Shown here in pieces: positions 12,186 to 25,136 of a stretch of DNA of 64,000 bases (position 1 is its first letter; every line of letters begins with the position of its first letter). The stretch is from positions 4,774,001-4,838,000 of the forward strand of contig NC_043017.1 of assembly GCF_006345805.1 (NCBI RefSeq). The letters run 5' to 3'. This DNA comes from Octopus sinensis (Eukaryota). Below the pieces are notes generated by a model. It was not told where the DNA came from. It made no database searches and was given only the letters and a program-made list of their open reading frames with translations. Position numbers and translations under genes: made by a program.

Positions 12186-12614
12186 CTAACTATTGACTTT
12201 ATTTGAAGTTCTTTAAATACCTGAGCTGCTGCTGCTGCTTCTACTAAGCCAACAGATGTTCAGTTTTTGATCAATCATCGATCGTAGTCAATTATGCCAG
12301 TCTATTCTACTCATTTTCTTCTTTTCCTTCTCATTTTAACATTTGTCTTTGGCAGATTCCGATCTTTCTGCATTAAAAATCTCTATATTTAACCTAATAT
12401 CTTTACCAAAGTCAATTCTTTAAGGTCAACAGTGTACTGCTGCCCCTCATCTATGACGCGGTGGTGGTGGTGGTGGTAACATTTCGTTACTCTTGCTTTT
12501 GGGATCCTTTCTGTAAATTCGCTGCTTCGTTCATTCCAGTTTTACTACTCGCTTCTCTTCTTCCTTCTCCGTTTCTCCTCTTCTTGTCTCTCTCATATTT
12601 CTCATTTGCTCCCT

Positions 12615-12655
<41 letters not shown>

Positions 12656-15600
12656 GTAATTCCCTCTGTTTATCTCCCTTTCCTCTTATCCCCTCTTCTG
12701 TCTTGTTCCCCCTTAAATTCTCTCTTTCTCCCCTTTTTCTCTCTCTCTTTACAACGAAATCTCTGTCCGTGACACAAACGAAACTCACTTTTTGCGCGCA
12801 AGCATTTACGGATGGATGAATATGTTTGTTTATAGCTAATTGTGAACGTTTTCATATTCGTGGCGGAGGAAGTACTCAATACATGAATGAATTGTGTATC
12901 TTTTATTGGAATCTGAAGCTTTTTGAATCATAACTCTGCGTATCACAGTTCCGATAGTTCAAACGATTCAATCGTAAAACTCGGTTACCACTCAAGAACC
13001 TTCATTTTATAATAAGAAATAATAATTCTTTATAATGTAGATACAAGGCCTGAAATGTATTAGTTGGATAGAGCAGTCGATTACGTTGACCCCTGTGCTC
13101 AATTGCTACTTATTTCATCAACCCCGAAAGGATGAAAGGCGAAGTTGAACAAGTCGGAATTTGAACTCAGAAGATTAATTGGCCGGAAGAAATGCTGATG
13201 AGCATTTTGTCCGGCGCGCAAACAATTCAACCCGCTCGTCCCTCTTTTTTGAGAGAATGGAGTTAACACCATTAACCTTAGTGCTTGACTGGTTTTTTTA
13301 TTCTTCGACCGTGGAGAGATGAAAGACAAAGTTATCCTCGACGGAACGTGAAAAACCGGAAGAAATTACTTTCGAAAATTAAATGTAGCAAATTGGGAAC
13401 CAAATATGGAAATATCATTTAGCAACCTAACAGAAAACCTTGCAGCTGGGCAACCTTTTTTTTACTTCTGTTTCTAATATCCGATTGAGTGAGAGCTGTA
13501 TATTTGTAGGTATGATTGTTTATATACAGTAATGCCTCAATATACGAATTAAAACATCTTTAAATGATTATTACGGAGCATATTCACCATCTACTTCAAT
13601 TACTGCTTCCCATTTGCTTGGCAGACCAACCCTTGTTCCAGTCATTAGACTGCGACCATTTGGGGGGTACCACCTTGAAAGATTTTAGGCAAAACGAATC
13701 GACCCCAGTAGTAATTTTTTTTTTCAAAACCTGTACTTATTATTCTGTCAGTTTCTTACACCGAAATGCTGTGTTACGGGGAACGTAAACATAACAACAC
13801 CGGTTTTCAAGCAATGGCAAGCGACAGATACGAACACACGCGGGCGCGCGTACACACACACGCACGCACGCACGCACGCACGCACGCATGCACGCACGCA
13901 CGCACGCACTGTTCTATAGAAGATTATCCTCTAAGCGAAACCAATGCGAAATCCGTCTATAATGTTGCGCAGTGAATAATGGAATCGTGGGCCAAACGTT
14001 AACATTTTTGTTTCGTTTTCAATAAAAGCGTTTTTCCGATTTTATTAATAAGCAGATTAATTTACCAGTGTTTTAAGTTTTTTTACTAATAAATATGATA
14101 TTGATTTATTTCAATCTATAAAATAAACAATAGACTTAATAAAGTACAATATATTAATACACACACACACACACATACACACATACATACATGCATGTGT
14201 CCTGTGTATGCGTAGTGTGTGCGTGTGTATGTACGTATGTGTGTACGTATGTGTGTGTACGTATGTATGTGTGTATATTCATATATATGTGTGTGTATAT
14301 ACGTATGTATGTGTACATACGTCTGTATATATGTGTGTATATACGTATGTAGATACGTGTGTGTATATGTGTATATATACGTATGTGTATATGTGTATAT
14401 ATACGTATGTGTATATGTGTATATATACGTATGTGTATATGTGTATATATACGTATGTGTATATGTATATATATACGTATGCCTATATATGTATGTGTAT
14501 ATGTGTGTGTATGTATAGATGCATTTATACATGTGTGTGTGTATATATATATTATACATGTCTGTGTGTGTGATTAGAAATTGGTGAAATTATGATAGCA
14601 GCTCAATGCCTGAGTGCCGTATTGTTTTCCAAGTTTCCTCTTATAATAGATTCCCATTTTGACGCAAAGCTAGCGATGTTTTAGGAGAGGGAATTACCCA
14701 ATAGTGTTTTAGGGTTAGGGCAACGGAAAAAAGTGAATAAATGAAGAAATTGGGGTGGGGGAAATGTCAAAATTCCGATTATTTGTAATTTTCCGGAATC
14801 TCCGAATCCGAAAACGTGGGGTTGTTTTAGCAAAAAAAAAAAAATTTTAACAGTAATTTGCGACGAAATGGGTTGATGGGACGGGAGGAAGTTTTTTCCG
14901 CTATCGCAATTTGATAAAACATCGAAAGAGGTATCTATATTTATAGACCCCACTTGTACAGATTATTCCTTTCCTGAAGTGTTTTTTTTTTTGGTCGACT
15001 CTATATTGCAAGCGGGGAGCGAACTCCCTACCATCCTTGCTATTTCTAACTATGGTGTTTGATGGCATAAAAAAAACGCACGGGTATATTAAATGCATAT
15101 TTAAAAAAAAGTTATTACTGCATTAAATTAGTCACTGGAATGTTATTAACACGAATGAGGGCAAACATTCTGCCGCAGACGAGAAGCTTCTGCGGTTTTG
15201 AGACAGAGGTAAACAAGGCCAGTATACACCCCACCACCACCACCGTCACTTCATCCAGTCAGAGTGGTCAGTGACTTAGAATTGGGTTATCATCGTGTGA
15301 GCTAGTGACTTGTGAGTAAGAGTTATACTTAATTTACGATGAAATTGTTCTTGCTTCATATCCTGTTTTTTTAATCTTTTGTGTTTCATCCACTGAATTG
15401 CGACAATGCTACGGCACCGCTTAGATGGATTTAGTCGAACAAATCAACCCCTAGTATTTTTTTGAAATATTAAGTTGATACTTATTCTGTCGGTCTTTTT
15501 TGCCGAATCGTTACGGGGAGCAAGAAGTCTTTCCTTACGGGGCTATAACCACACCAACATCACTTGTCAAGAGATGGTGATAGACACACATACTAATATA

Positions 15601-15854
15601 TGGAACTGGTTTCTATCAGTTTCCGTCAACCAAATTCACTCCAAAGGTTTGGTCGACTCGAAGGTGCTACACAGTGAGACTGAACCAGGAACCATGTGGT
15701 TGGGAAGCAAGCTTACCACACAGCTGCGCCTATATATAGATATATATATATTTCGCTTTATATTTTCCGGATTAAACCAGTAGAATACCTTGGATTATAT
15801 AATCCTTAATGCGATATGACTTCCTCGAATTAACCATATATATACATGTATAAG

Positions 15855-16024
15855 TGCAGGAGCGGCTGTGTGGTAAGTAGCTTGCTTATCAACCACATGG
15901 TTCCGGGTTCAGTGGGACTGAACCCGGAACCATGTGGTCGGCCCGAGGCTTCTACTATAGCCCCGGGCCGACCAAAGCCTTGTGAGTGGATTTTGTAAAC
16001 GGAAACTGAAGGAAACTCGTCGTA
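15855..16024 (+). mobile_element. SINE family A 5' half with internal inverted rearrangement
   Basis: The normal middle is replaced by inverted copies of flanking SINE sequence. The 3' half resumes at ~16685-16890 after nested insertions. Confidence 0.8.
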
Positions 16025-16037
16025 TATATATATATAT

Positions 16038-16283
16038 AAAGTTAATCCAAACATGAAAACACAAAGAGAAAACACAACAACGCGAGGACGTGTAAGAAGT
16101 ATAGTGTTATTGGACGCTCAGGAAGGAAGGGAAGAAGGAGGGTTTAACGTTTCGAGCGGAGCTCTTCGTCGGAAACATAGGAGAAGGAAAGATCCAGAGA
16201 AGGGAAGACAGAGGAAAAAAAATCGCCAACGGTATTCACGCGGTCACATTTTGAGTGACCGGAAGGAAATGGGTGAAGAAAAG

Positions 16284-16285
<2 letters not shown>
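16038..16285 (-). mobile_element. Penelope-like element fragment (family 1) inserted in the SINE's internal (TA)n
   Basis: Homologous to 3550-3760. Hammerhead-like motif at 16143-16175. (TA)n on both sides. Confidence 0.7.
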
Positions 16286-16330
<45 letters not shown>

Positions 16331-16454
16331 TAAAAACGGTAAGATAACAAAAGAAAGAAAGAGACCTCAATATTATGTAAATAGAGGAAATTGGGCTTCA
16401 TTTCTATTTACTTTTTTAAACGCCCTACACTGAGAGATTACCTAAATATGTTTG

Positions 16455-16680
16455 GAACTACTTGAGAATAGTACTAATTAGTCGTGACTAGTCGATCCTA
16501 CAACGACTATGGAGCAAAGTAAATAAAACACAAAATGGATCATTTTTTTTTACACAAAGTAAATATTTTTTGTTAAAAACAAAGTAAATAAAACACAAAA
16601 ACACAAAGGATCAACTAGTCATGACTAGCTAGCGCGACTACACGAGTGCGCGCACCGGGACTACTGTTCTCAAGTAGTAC
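16455..16680. mobile_element. Non-autonomous TIR element, possibly MULE-type
   Basis: Outer IR actacttgagaatagta / tactgttctcaagtagt and inner IR tagtcgtgactagtcgatcct / ggatcaactagtcatgacta. Flanks atatgtttg / taatgtttg resemble a 9-bp TSD. Confidence 0.6.
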
Positions 16681-17289
16681 TAATGTTTGTCCCCCCTCCA
16701 CAGCTTGATAACCGTCACCGGTTTGTTTACGTCCCCGCAATCTAGCGATTCGGCATTGAGGACGATATAATGAGAACCGAGTTTTTCTTTCTTTTTAAAA
16801 TGCAATTCTGGAGTTGATTTGTTTAATAGCGCTTCAAGGTGCTGCCCCAGCATGGCCCCAATCTAATAACTGAAACGAGTAAAAGACGAATATAAACAAC
16901 ATAAATTTAGCTTTCAGTCGATTATATATAGTTTCTCTGTTAACAGGTTTAGGTTTTGTCCCCCCTCCCACCACCACCATCGCTTCATCCATTTGGCGGC
17001 CATTGATTAAGATGCGAAGAGAAAAAAAATCTGTTTATATCGTATAAAAATCAGAATGTTACCTGCCCTACTTTTTGTAGTAGCCATCTGTGTATGTTTC
17101 CATTCCGTATCATACCCCTACCAACACCTGTGCCACCATCTTCACCACCCTTCTGTGTAAATATCTTCACAAAGCATTCTCCACCCGATATATAAACCTC
17201 CTCCTTTTCCTCCTCGTCATTTAAATGGTTTTTACTTTAGACAGTTGTCAAGACTTTGTGTGACGAGAATACAGAGTTTGAATTTGTGT

Positions 17290-17339
<50 letters not shown>

Positions 17340-17573
17340 TTTGTGCGGTTGTATGAGGTTGTGTGTGTGTGTATATGTGTCTGTGCGCCATAACGTTAAG
17401 GTGTTCACGTGATTTAGGTCTCACTCTTGTCAAACGCTTTTGTTTTCTTCTTTTCTATTTTTTATAGTTTACTGTGTCATCAAACAACGTATGTATGAAT
17501 ATACATGTATATACTGTTGTATATATACATACGTATAGACACTTATTATATCCTATAATTTCCTTTCCCGCCA

Positions 17574-18045
17574 ACTCACCAACCAGACCAGAAGTTGGTC
17601 AAAGTATTTCATGAATATTTTCTCTTCTCCGTTACCTTATCCCAGCACGGCCGCCATTTTGTACATCATAAAATATTACACAAGATGTTGACAGCAAATT
17701 TATCGAATTTAATGAATATGGATTAAATTTTATTATTATTATTATTATTATAAAAGGTCTTCTGGTTATCAATTTTCTCTTGGTCAATATAATTATTTCG
17801 CTGCTGTTGCTGTTATTTGAAATAATTATCTTTTAATAATGTCTGAAATATTCCTTGATGTGTCCCGCCCCCCTCTCCCCACACACATCAGTGTACGACA
17901 TCAGACGATGTTGACATCACAATCACACTTTAATGTCATGTTGGACGATACTAGATCAAACGATATTGTGTGGGGGTTTAAACAAGGATGTCGCGCGTCG
18001 TAGTTGCTGGAAGTCGTCTGCATCGACAAAAATATTGAGGTAAGT
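17574..18045. promoter_or_regulatory. Candidate bidirectional promoter with two divergent first exons
   Basis: YY1-type GCCGCCATTTTG at 17650-17661 is followed on the minus strand by donors AAG|GTAACG (17636/17635) and TTG|GTGAGT (17580/17579). On the plus strand there is a GC box gtcccgcccc (~17862-17871), an Inr-like TCAGT (17888-17892) and a donor GAG|GTAAGT (18039/18040). The region is unique sequence that retains CpG. Confidence 0.45.
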
Positions 18046-18200
18046 TCATGTTTGTAGAGAGAAAAGAATATGGACGTTTCCGCTTTGTTTCTTAGTGCGT
18101 GCAGGAGAGAACTTTTGATTGATGGAATCTGGTTTTCAAACGGGATTCATATTATCTTCGGTGGTCCCTATAAGATTTCGTTGTTAAAATCTATGCTCAA

Positions 18201-18235
18201 CTAGACTACCCGTGACCCGTTGAGTCACCGGGAAA
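18201..18235 (-). mobile_element. Helitron-like 3' terminus
   Basis: CTAG next to a GC-rich hairpin (cccgtgac...gtcaccggg). Confidence 0.4.
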
Positions 18236-21004
18236 CTCTGATTTTCCCAGCAATGGAGTTTTGTTTCGTGGGTTTTTTTTCCTTTTCCGGGTTATTTCGC
18301 ATGCTTTTAACTAATGTAACAGCGAAAGGTTAGAGTTTCTTCCTTTTCAGAATGAAGTTAAATTCAGAACATTTTCCCCATTCTGCACCGTTTTAGGTTT
18401 ACGTCCTTGTAAGCTAGTGGTTCGGCAAAAGACACCGATAGAATGATCACTAGGCTTTAAAAAAGTCTTGGGCTAGATTTGTTCGGCTAAAATCCTTCAA
18501 GGCGGTGCTGCAGCATGGCCTAAACAAAAGAATAAAAGAGTATATAAATATAATGTAAATATAACATGGTTTTCGTGTTGTGTTAGACATATTTGTTAGA
18601 CTGTGAGTGTATCGGATATCAGCGTCATCACTTCCGGTTCATTGACTTCTATTTTTATTGACCCTTAAACTGCGTGTTAACCAAACTTCTTGTCTGGGGC
18701 GTAATTTTGTTTACATTCCAATGCAACAGTCCCCCCCCCACCTCCGTTGACGGGGAGAATAAAGCGAGGTGTAAAAGAAAGACAAAGCGATTGGTTAGGT
18801 CGTCAACCCTGAAGCTAAAGAAAAGACCTTCTTGGCTCCGATTCATACGAGTTCTGTAAAGAAAACCGAAGAATGTCACATAATAAAGATTTCTGAATCG
18901 ATGAGCGCCATCATCATCATCATCAACATCATCATCACTACCATCATCATCATCCTCATCATCGACGACAGTCTCTTGTGGCTGCTTCATACAAACGTTA
19001 TTCGTCTAACCTGCAGCTTACTTTGTTCAATTCTATCGAACATTAATATAAACCTGACTACCAAGTCTATCGACTGTTAATGTTAATCTCCACCACCATC
19101 ACCACCACCGCTTATATTAATGTACCGCCACTAATATCATCATCATCAGTGTCACCATCATCATGACGAATCCTCATCGCCATCACATTCACTATGAATA
19201 CCACCGTCATCATAATTATGGCTACCGTCGTTGTCGTCACCGTCATTATCATCCCCCCCACCACCTCTGCTGCTGCTGCTGCTACTACTACTACTCTCAT
19301 TATACTTCTTAATTAAAACCTATAAATAATCGTTTGAGTTCGTAAAGCATGTCAAAGGTCACATTTCCTCCACCTTTATTTTTATATTTATTATTCGAAT
19401 ATATCAATTATTCAGCGCAGAAGTTTATTGAAAGTAGTAGCGTGGGTTGGGGGTGTTTACTGTTTGGTAAAGATGAAAAAAACGAAAAATAAACAAAAAA
19501 AAACCAAAAAAAAAACTAAACAAATATCTTGTGTAGTGGAATTATTCTGCTACTTAGCGAAAACCCATCTTCGATCAACAGCCAAATGCAGTTTCTACTC
19601 AGAAATGGGAACAAACATCTTAATTTCTTATCTTTTTATCTTTCACTTGTCTCAGTCATTAGACTACGGCCATGCTGTAGCACCACCATGACTTTATAGT
19701 TGAATGAATCAACCCCAGTTTCTTTCTTTTTTTATTTTTTGATAAAGTCTGGTACCAAATCCACTTACAAAGATTTCGTGGGCACGAGGCAAAAAAAAAA
19801 ATTGCATAAGGTGCCATGCATGGGACTGAACCCGATACCATGTGGCTAAGAGGCAAGCTTCTTATCATACAACCATACTTGCTCCTATACATTTATATAG
19901 AAATACTCCCCTCATATTCTGGGGAATAATATTTAGAAATTAGGACAGCTTGTTATGTGGCACAGAAGTTGAATGGATTACGTGGACTGGTCTAGCCATC
20001 ACGTGAGTCTGAGACTTGAATACCTACTGAACGCAGATGCATGATTTCACTTCCCATTGAGGAATGGTTGGAAATTATTACTTTATCTTTTTCTTTCCTG
20101 AATAAAAGATAATTGCAGGTGGTACCTTACTGCATGGGAGTCACTATTTATTCGTGTATAATTCGCACCCTTAATTTAGTGTTAAATCTATCGAATTGGG
20201 TTTTCCCATCACTCGTGTGAGAAACCGACTGGTGAAATCGGCCCAAATGGATCTATAATACAATATTGCGTATGTATATGTATGTCTGTATATATATATA
20301 CAGGCGCAGGTGTGGCTGTGTGGTAAAAAGCTTGCCTTTCAACCACATGATTCCGGGTTCAGTCCCACTAAGGCAAGTGTCTTCTACTATAGCCTCGGGC
20401 CTACCAAAATTTTGTGAGTGGATTTGGCAGACGGAAACTGAAAGAAACCCGTTGTGTATATATAATTATTTATTTGTGTGTGTGTGTCTGTTTGTCCCCC
20501 CACCAAGCCTGACAACCAATGGTGATGTCTTTACGTCCCTGTAACGTAGCCGTTCGGCAAAAAGAGACTGATATAATAAGTAGCAGGCTTACAAAAGAAT
20601 AAATCCTGGGGTCGACTGCTTTTACTAGTAACCTCTTTAAGGCGCTGCTCCAGCATGGCTGCAGTCGAAATGACTGGAACCAGTAAAAGAATAAAAAATA
20701 CATTTATTAATAAAGGAATATCCGGATAAAGTACAACTTAAGCTCTCTGTTGATACAGATGCACCGGGCTAACAAAAGGTAGTGCGATTAATGTTGAATT
20801 CTAGGTATGTGTTTGTGCGTGTGTTTATCTGAGCTTGACAACCGGTGTCGGTGTGTTTACGTCCCCCGTAATATAGCGGTTCGGCAAAAGAAAAAAAGTA
20901 CTGGGGTCAATTTGTTGAACTAAAAATCTTTTCAAGACGGTGCTCCAGCATGGCTGCAGTCTAATGACTGAAACAAAAGAGTAAGCGTGCATTTTGAAAC
21001 GAAC

Positions 21005-21460
21005 AAGCGTGAATTTATGCACCAAAAGCCAATATGAGAGTTCCTCTCGTGGTATTTATGGCAGTATAGTTTGTTCCAACAGATCGTCCACGTTTAAGTG
21101 GGGATAAATATTACCTCCCAGTGTTAATACTGCCTCTGATGCTTATTTTTTTTAACAAGCTCGCTGGCTAATCACAACACCAGTATCTGTTCTTCATTGA
21201 TTGTGTACTTATTAGTGGTGGGTAGATGAATCACTGCTATCTCTAGCAATCGAGCGTTCACTACATGGTGGTCTCGGCACTGGATATGGCGGGGCTTTAG
21301 CTCCCCAGTAGTGATATAAACAACAGTGCATTTAGCACCAAAAGCCAACATGAGAGTTTTTCTCGCGGTATCTACCGCAGTATAGTTTGTTCTTACAGAA
21401 CATCTACGATTAAGTGGGGGATAAATATTACCTTTCACCATTAATACTGCCTCAATCGCT
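21005..21460. repeat. Diverged direct repeat pair (~125-140 bp) separated by ~180 bp
   Basis: gcaccaaaagccaa...gcagtatagtttgttc...ggggataaatattacct...taatactgcctc occurs at ~21020-21143 and ~21335-21459. Confidence 0.85.
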
Positions 21461-22606
21461 AATATATATACGCTGTTTTATTGTCTATAAAATCTACAAC
21501 AAAACGGTCATTAAGTCAATTTCATTAGTCTAAATAATCAGCGGCTCCCACATTTGTTCATAAAAGTACTATTTACAATACAAGCCGGGGATACTCGAAT
21601 GTTTACAAAAATTCGCAGGAGTGGTGCTTTATATCTCTTAATTGTGCTGTAAAACAGTAATTAACTCGGTTTTAATTAGCCTTACTACAGTCACTTACGT
21701 AAATAAAATGGTGATTTATTTGTTAAGTGGGCGAACGGAGCGGGTCGTTTCTATGTTATTAATTCCTTATGTTTTGGATCAGATATCGTTGTTTACGTAA
21801 ACGTTCCGACAAATCTATCTTTTTGTTTCTTTATACCATTTAATTCTTTCAGTCATTGGTCTGAGGTCATAACTAATTGACTCATTTATTTATTATTATT
21901 ATTATTATTATTTTGTTCTTAAAGCCTGGTATTTACTCTGTCGGCCTCCATTTACCGAACTGCCAATTTATCAGGGTGCAAACAAACCAACACCGGTTGT
22001 GAAGCGGTGGGTAGGGATAAACAAGCATGCACATACAACGGGCTTCTTTTAGTTTTTAAATCCTCTCACAAGGCTTTGATTGGCTCAGAGCTAGAGTACA
22101 AGACATTCCCCCATCACACGCACACACACACACACAGAGGGTGGCACGCGAAAATTTAGCCCGGATCCGGTCCATAATGTAAATACAGAAATAAATTTAC
22201 ACACACCCAGCCTTTTGTTTCCCCATCCCACTCAAAAAGTCCCTAAATATGGGTTGTTTAAGGATGATGATCAACGAAACTCCCATGTTTCCAAAGGTGA
22301 ATTATTCAAACCCCAAAGAATCTCTTTCGGCGCATGGCTTGATGCTTCCAAATTGCTCGCGATCAGAGACACACATATCGTCAGTCACTAAGGGACATGT
22401 TCAACTGGTGAAGTTCAAACAACTGACAAGCAAATCTGTGGCCCATCTCTTACACAGAGACAAAACATGTACACGATAACACTTCCGGTTTGATTCGGTT
22501 CCTGTGAAGAAACTTGCATAGCACTGAAACAAACTGATTTAAAGCCCATCGTGTGTGTGTGTGTGTATGTATGTATGTATTTTTTTTTTTTTTTTTTTTT
22601 TTTGTG

Positions 22607-22662
<56 letters not shown>

Positions 22663-22699
22663 ACAAAGTGTACGTACGTCGCTATATATATGTATAAAA

Positions 22700-23059
22700 T
22701 AAAATACAAAATGGGACAAGTACGCAAAACATTCGGACAACTAGGTGATACAAAAGGGGACAACAAAACATCCAGATAGACGGTACAAAAAAAAAACACG
22801 GATCATCCTCGCAATTTCAACTGATTAATCTTGAGATTGCTCCAATCTGGCCAGCCCCAAGGAAAAACTAAGCTAAGAGCATTGGATTCCTTGGAAAAAC
22901 ACAACGAATGTATACGAAACAAAGACGGAAAAACAGACGATGTTACACGAATATAAATAGTGGTTTTTTTTTTTGTATTGTCTATCTGGATGTTTTGTTG
23001 TCCCCTTTTGTATTGCCTAGTTGTCTGGATGTTTTGCGTTCTTGTCCCATTTTGTATTG

Positions 23060-23060
<1 letters not shown>
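22700..23060. mobile_element. TA-embedded element with inverted ~95-bp ends (Penelope-like inverted pLTR arrangement)
   Basis: 22705-22799 is the reverse complement of 22960-23056, with (TA)n on both sides. Related fragment at 6138-6290. Confidence 0.55.
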
Positions 23061-23139
<79 letters not shown>

Positions 23140-23145
23140 TAATAG

Positions 23146-23620
23146 AATACAAAATGGGACAAGAACGCAATATATATATATATATATATATATACTCTTT
23201 TACTCTATTACTTGTTTCAGTCATTTGACTGCGGCCATGCTGGAGTACCGCCTTTAATCGAGCAACTCGACCCCGGGACTTATTCTTTTGTAAGCCCAGT
23301 ACTTATTCTATCGCTCTCTTTTGCCGAACCGCTAAGTAACGGGGACATAAACACACCAGCATCGGTTGTCAAGCAATGCTAGGGGGATAAACACAGACAC
23401 ACAAACACACACACGCATATATATATATACATACATATATACGACGGGCTTCTTTCAGTTTCCGTCTACCAAATCCACTCACAAGGCTTTGGTCGGCCCG
23501 AGGCTATAGTAGAAGACAATTGCCCAAGGTGCCACGCAGTGGGACTGAACCCGGAACCATGTGGTTGGTAAACAAGCTACTTACCACACAGCCACTCCAA
23601 TACAAAATGGGGCAAGAACG

Positions 23621-23658
<38 letters not shown>

Positions 23659-24085
23659 TTACTCTATTACTTGTTTCAGTCATTTGACTGCGGCCATGCT
23701 GGAGTACCGCCTTTAATCGAGCAACTCGACCCCGGGACTTATTCTTTTGTAAGCCCAGTACTTATTCTATCGCTCTCTTTTGCCGAACCGCTAAGTAACG
23801 GGGACATAAACACACCAGCATCGGTTGTCAAGCAATGCTAGGGGGATAAACACAGACACACAAACACACACACGCATATATATATATATATATACATACA
23901 TATATACGACGGGCTTCTTTCAGTTTCCGTCTACCAAATCCACTCACAAGGCTTTGGTCGGCCCGAGGCTATAGTAGAAGACACTTGCCCAAGGTGCCAC
24001 GCAGTGGGACTGAACCCGGAACCATGTGGTTGGTAAACAAGCTACTTACCACACAGCCACTCCAATACAAAATGGGGCAAGAACG

Positions 24086-24088
<3 letters not shown>
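23146..24088 (-). mobile_element. Tandem pair of near-identical family A SINEs bounded by three copies of a 25-bp motif
   Basis: SINEs at 23195-23598 and 23655-24063. Motif aatacaaaatggg(a/g)caagaacgcaa at 23146, 23599 and 24064. Confidence 0.9.
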
Positions 24089-24141
<53 letters not shown>

Positions 24142-24162
24142 TATAATATATATATATATATT

Positions 24163-24220
<58 letters not shown>

Positions 24221-24928
24221 CCATATATATCTCCACTCACACAAACAAACAAACACAGAAGTGATGCTTAGGAGGACAGTCAATAAATTGTTCGTAATGG
24301 AAATGTCAGGTTTTGCTAATCAGAGCAGATTATGCTAACACTCTGCAAAGTATTTGGAATATCTTTTCTCAATGCCGTAGGCTTTATTTCAAGTTAAAAT
24401 CCTTCAATGAAGATCTATATCGCCATCATTTTGATGTTACGAAACCACGTGGTGTCTTCTTCTTCTAAGTTTGAGTCTTAACGTTAAATTCTTCAATATT
24501 TATGATTTAATGCTTGTGTGTGTGTGTGTGTGTGTGTGTGTGATGATTTGTTATTTAGGGCACTCTGAAAGTGTACTTTCGCAGACGATGGCATCTCCAG
24601 ACATTTTCTTTCTCACAAACTATCTGTCTGGCTCTCTTACTCACACACGTTCGGAGACATTTTTTTTTACACACATTCACTCATTTCAGATACGCTCGCA
24701 TGCAGATTGTCTCACATATTCTTTTACATTCTTTTACATAGAAACTTTCTTTGGCGCATCTATATCTATCACGAACACACGCGCGCGCGCATACGCACAC
24801 ACACGCACACCACCTCGTTCTCTCTCTCACACACACACATTTTCTCTCTCTCTCTCACACTCACACACATTTTCTCTCTCTCTCACACACACACACATTT
24901 TCTCTCTCTCTCTCTCACTCACACATTT

Positions 24929-24959
<31 letters not shown>

Positions 24960-25101
24960 ACACACACACACACGCATTCTCTCTCACATACACACATTCT
25001 CTCACACACACATACACGCGCACACACTGTTTGACAGATTTTTTCTGACACACTTTCTCTCATATATACATCCAACACATACACACACTTTCCCCTTTTC
25101 C

Positions 25102-25136
<35 letters not shown>

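Noticed and set aside
14700-14730. ttagggttaggg telomere-like motif
   Set aside because: Only two units, inside what looks like an interspersed repeat. Not an interstitial telomere array.
18655-19300. Acidic/poly-Asp ORF and neighbouring ORFs
   Set aside because: Driven by (CAT)n/(CAC)n trinucleotide repeats, with no convincing splice sites or recognisable domain.
21125-21146. taatactgcc resembling the miR-8/miR-200 5' end
   Set aside because: The rest of the mature sequence does not match, and the complementary arm is short and ~55 nt away.
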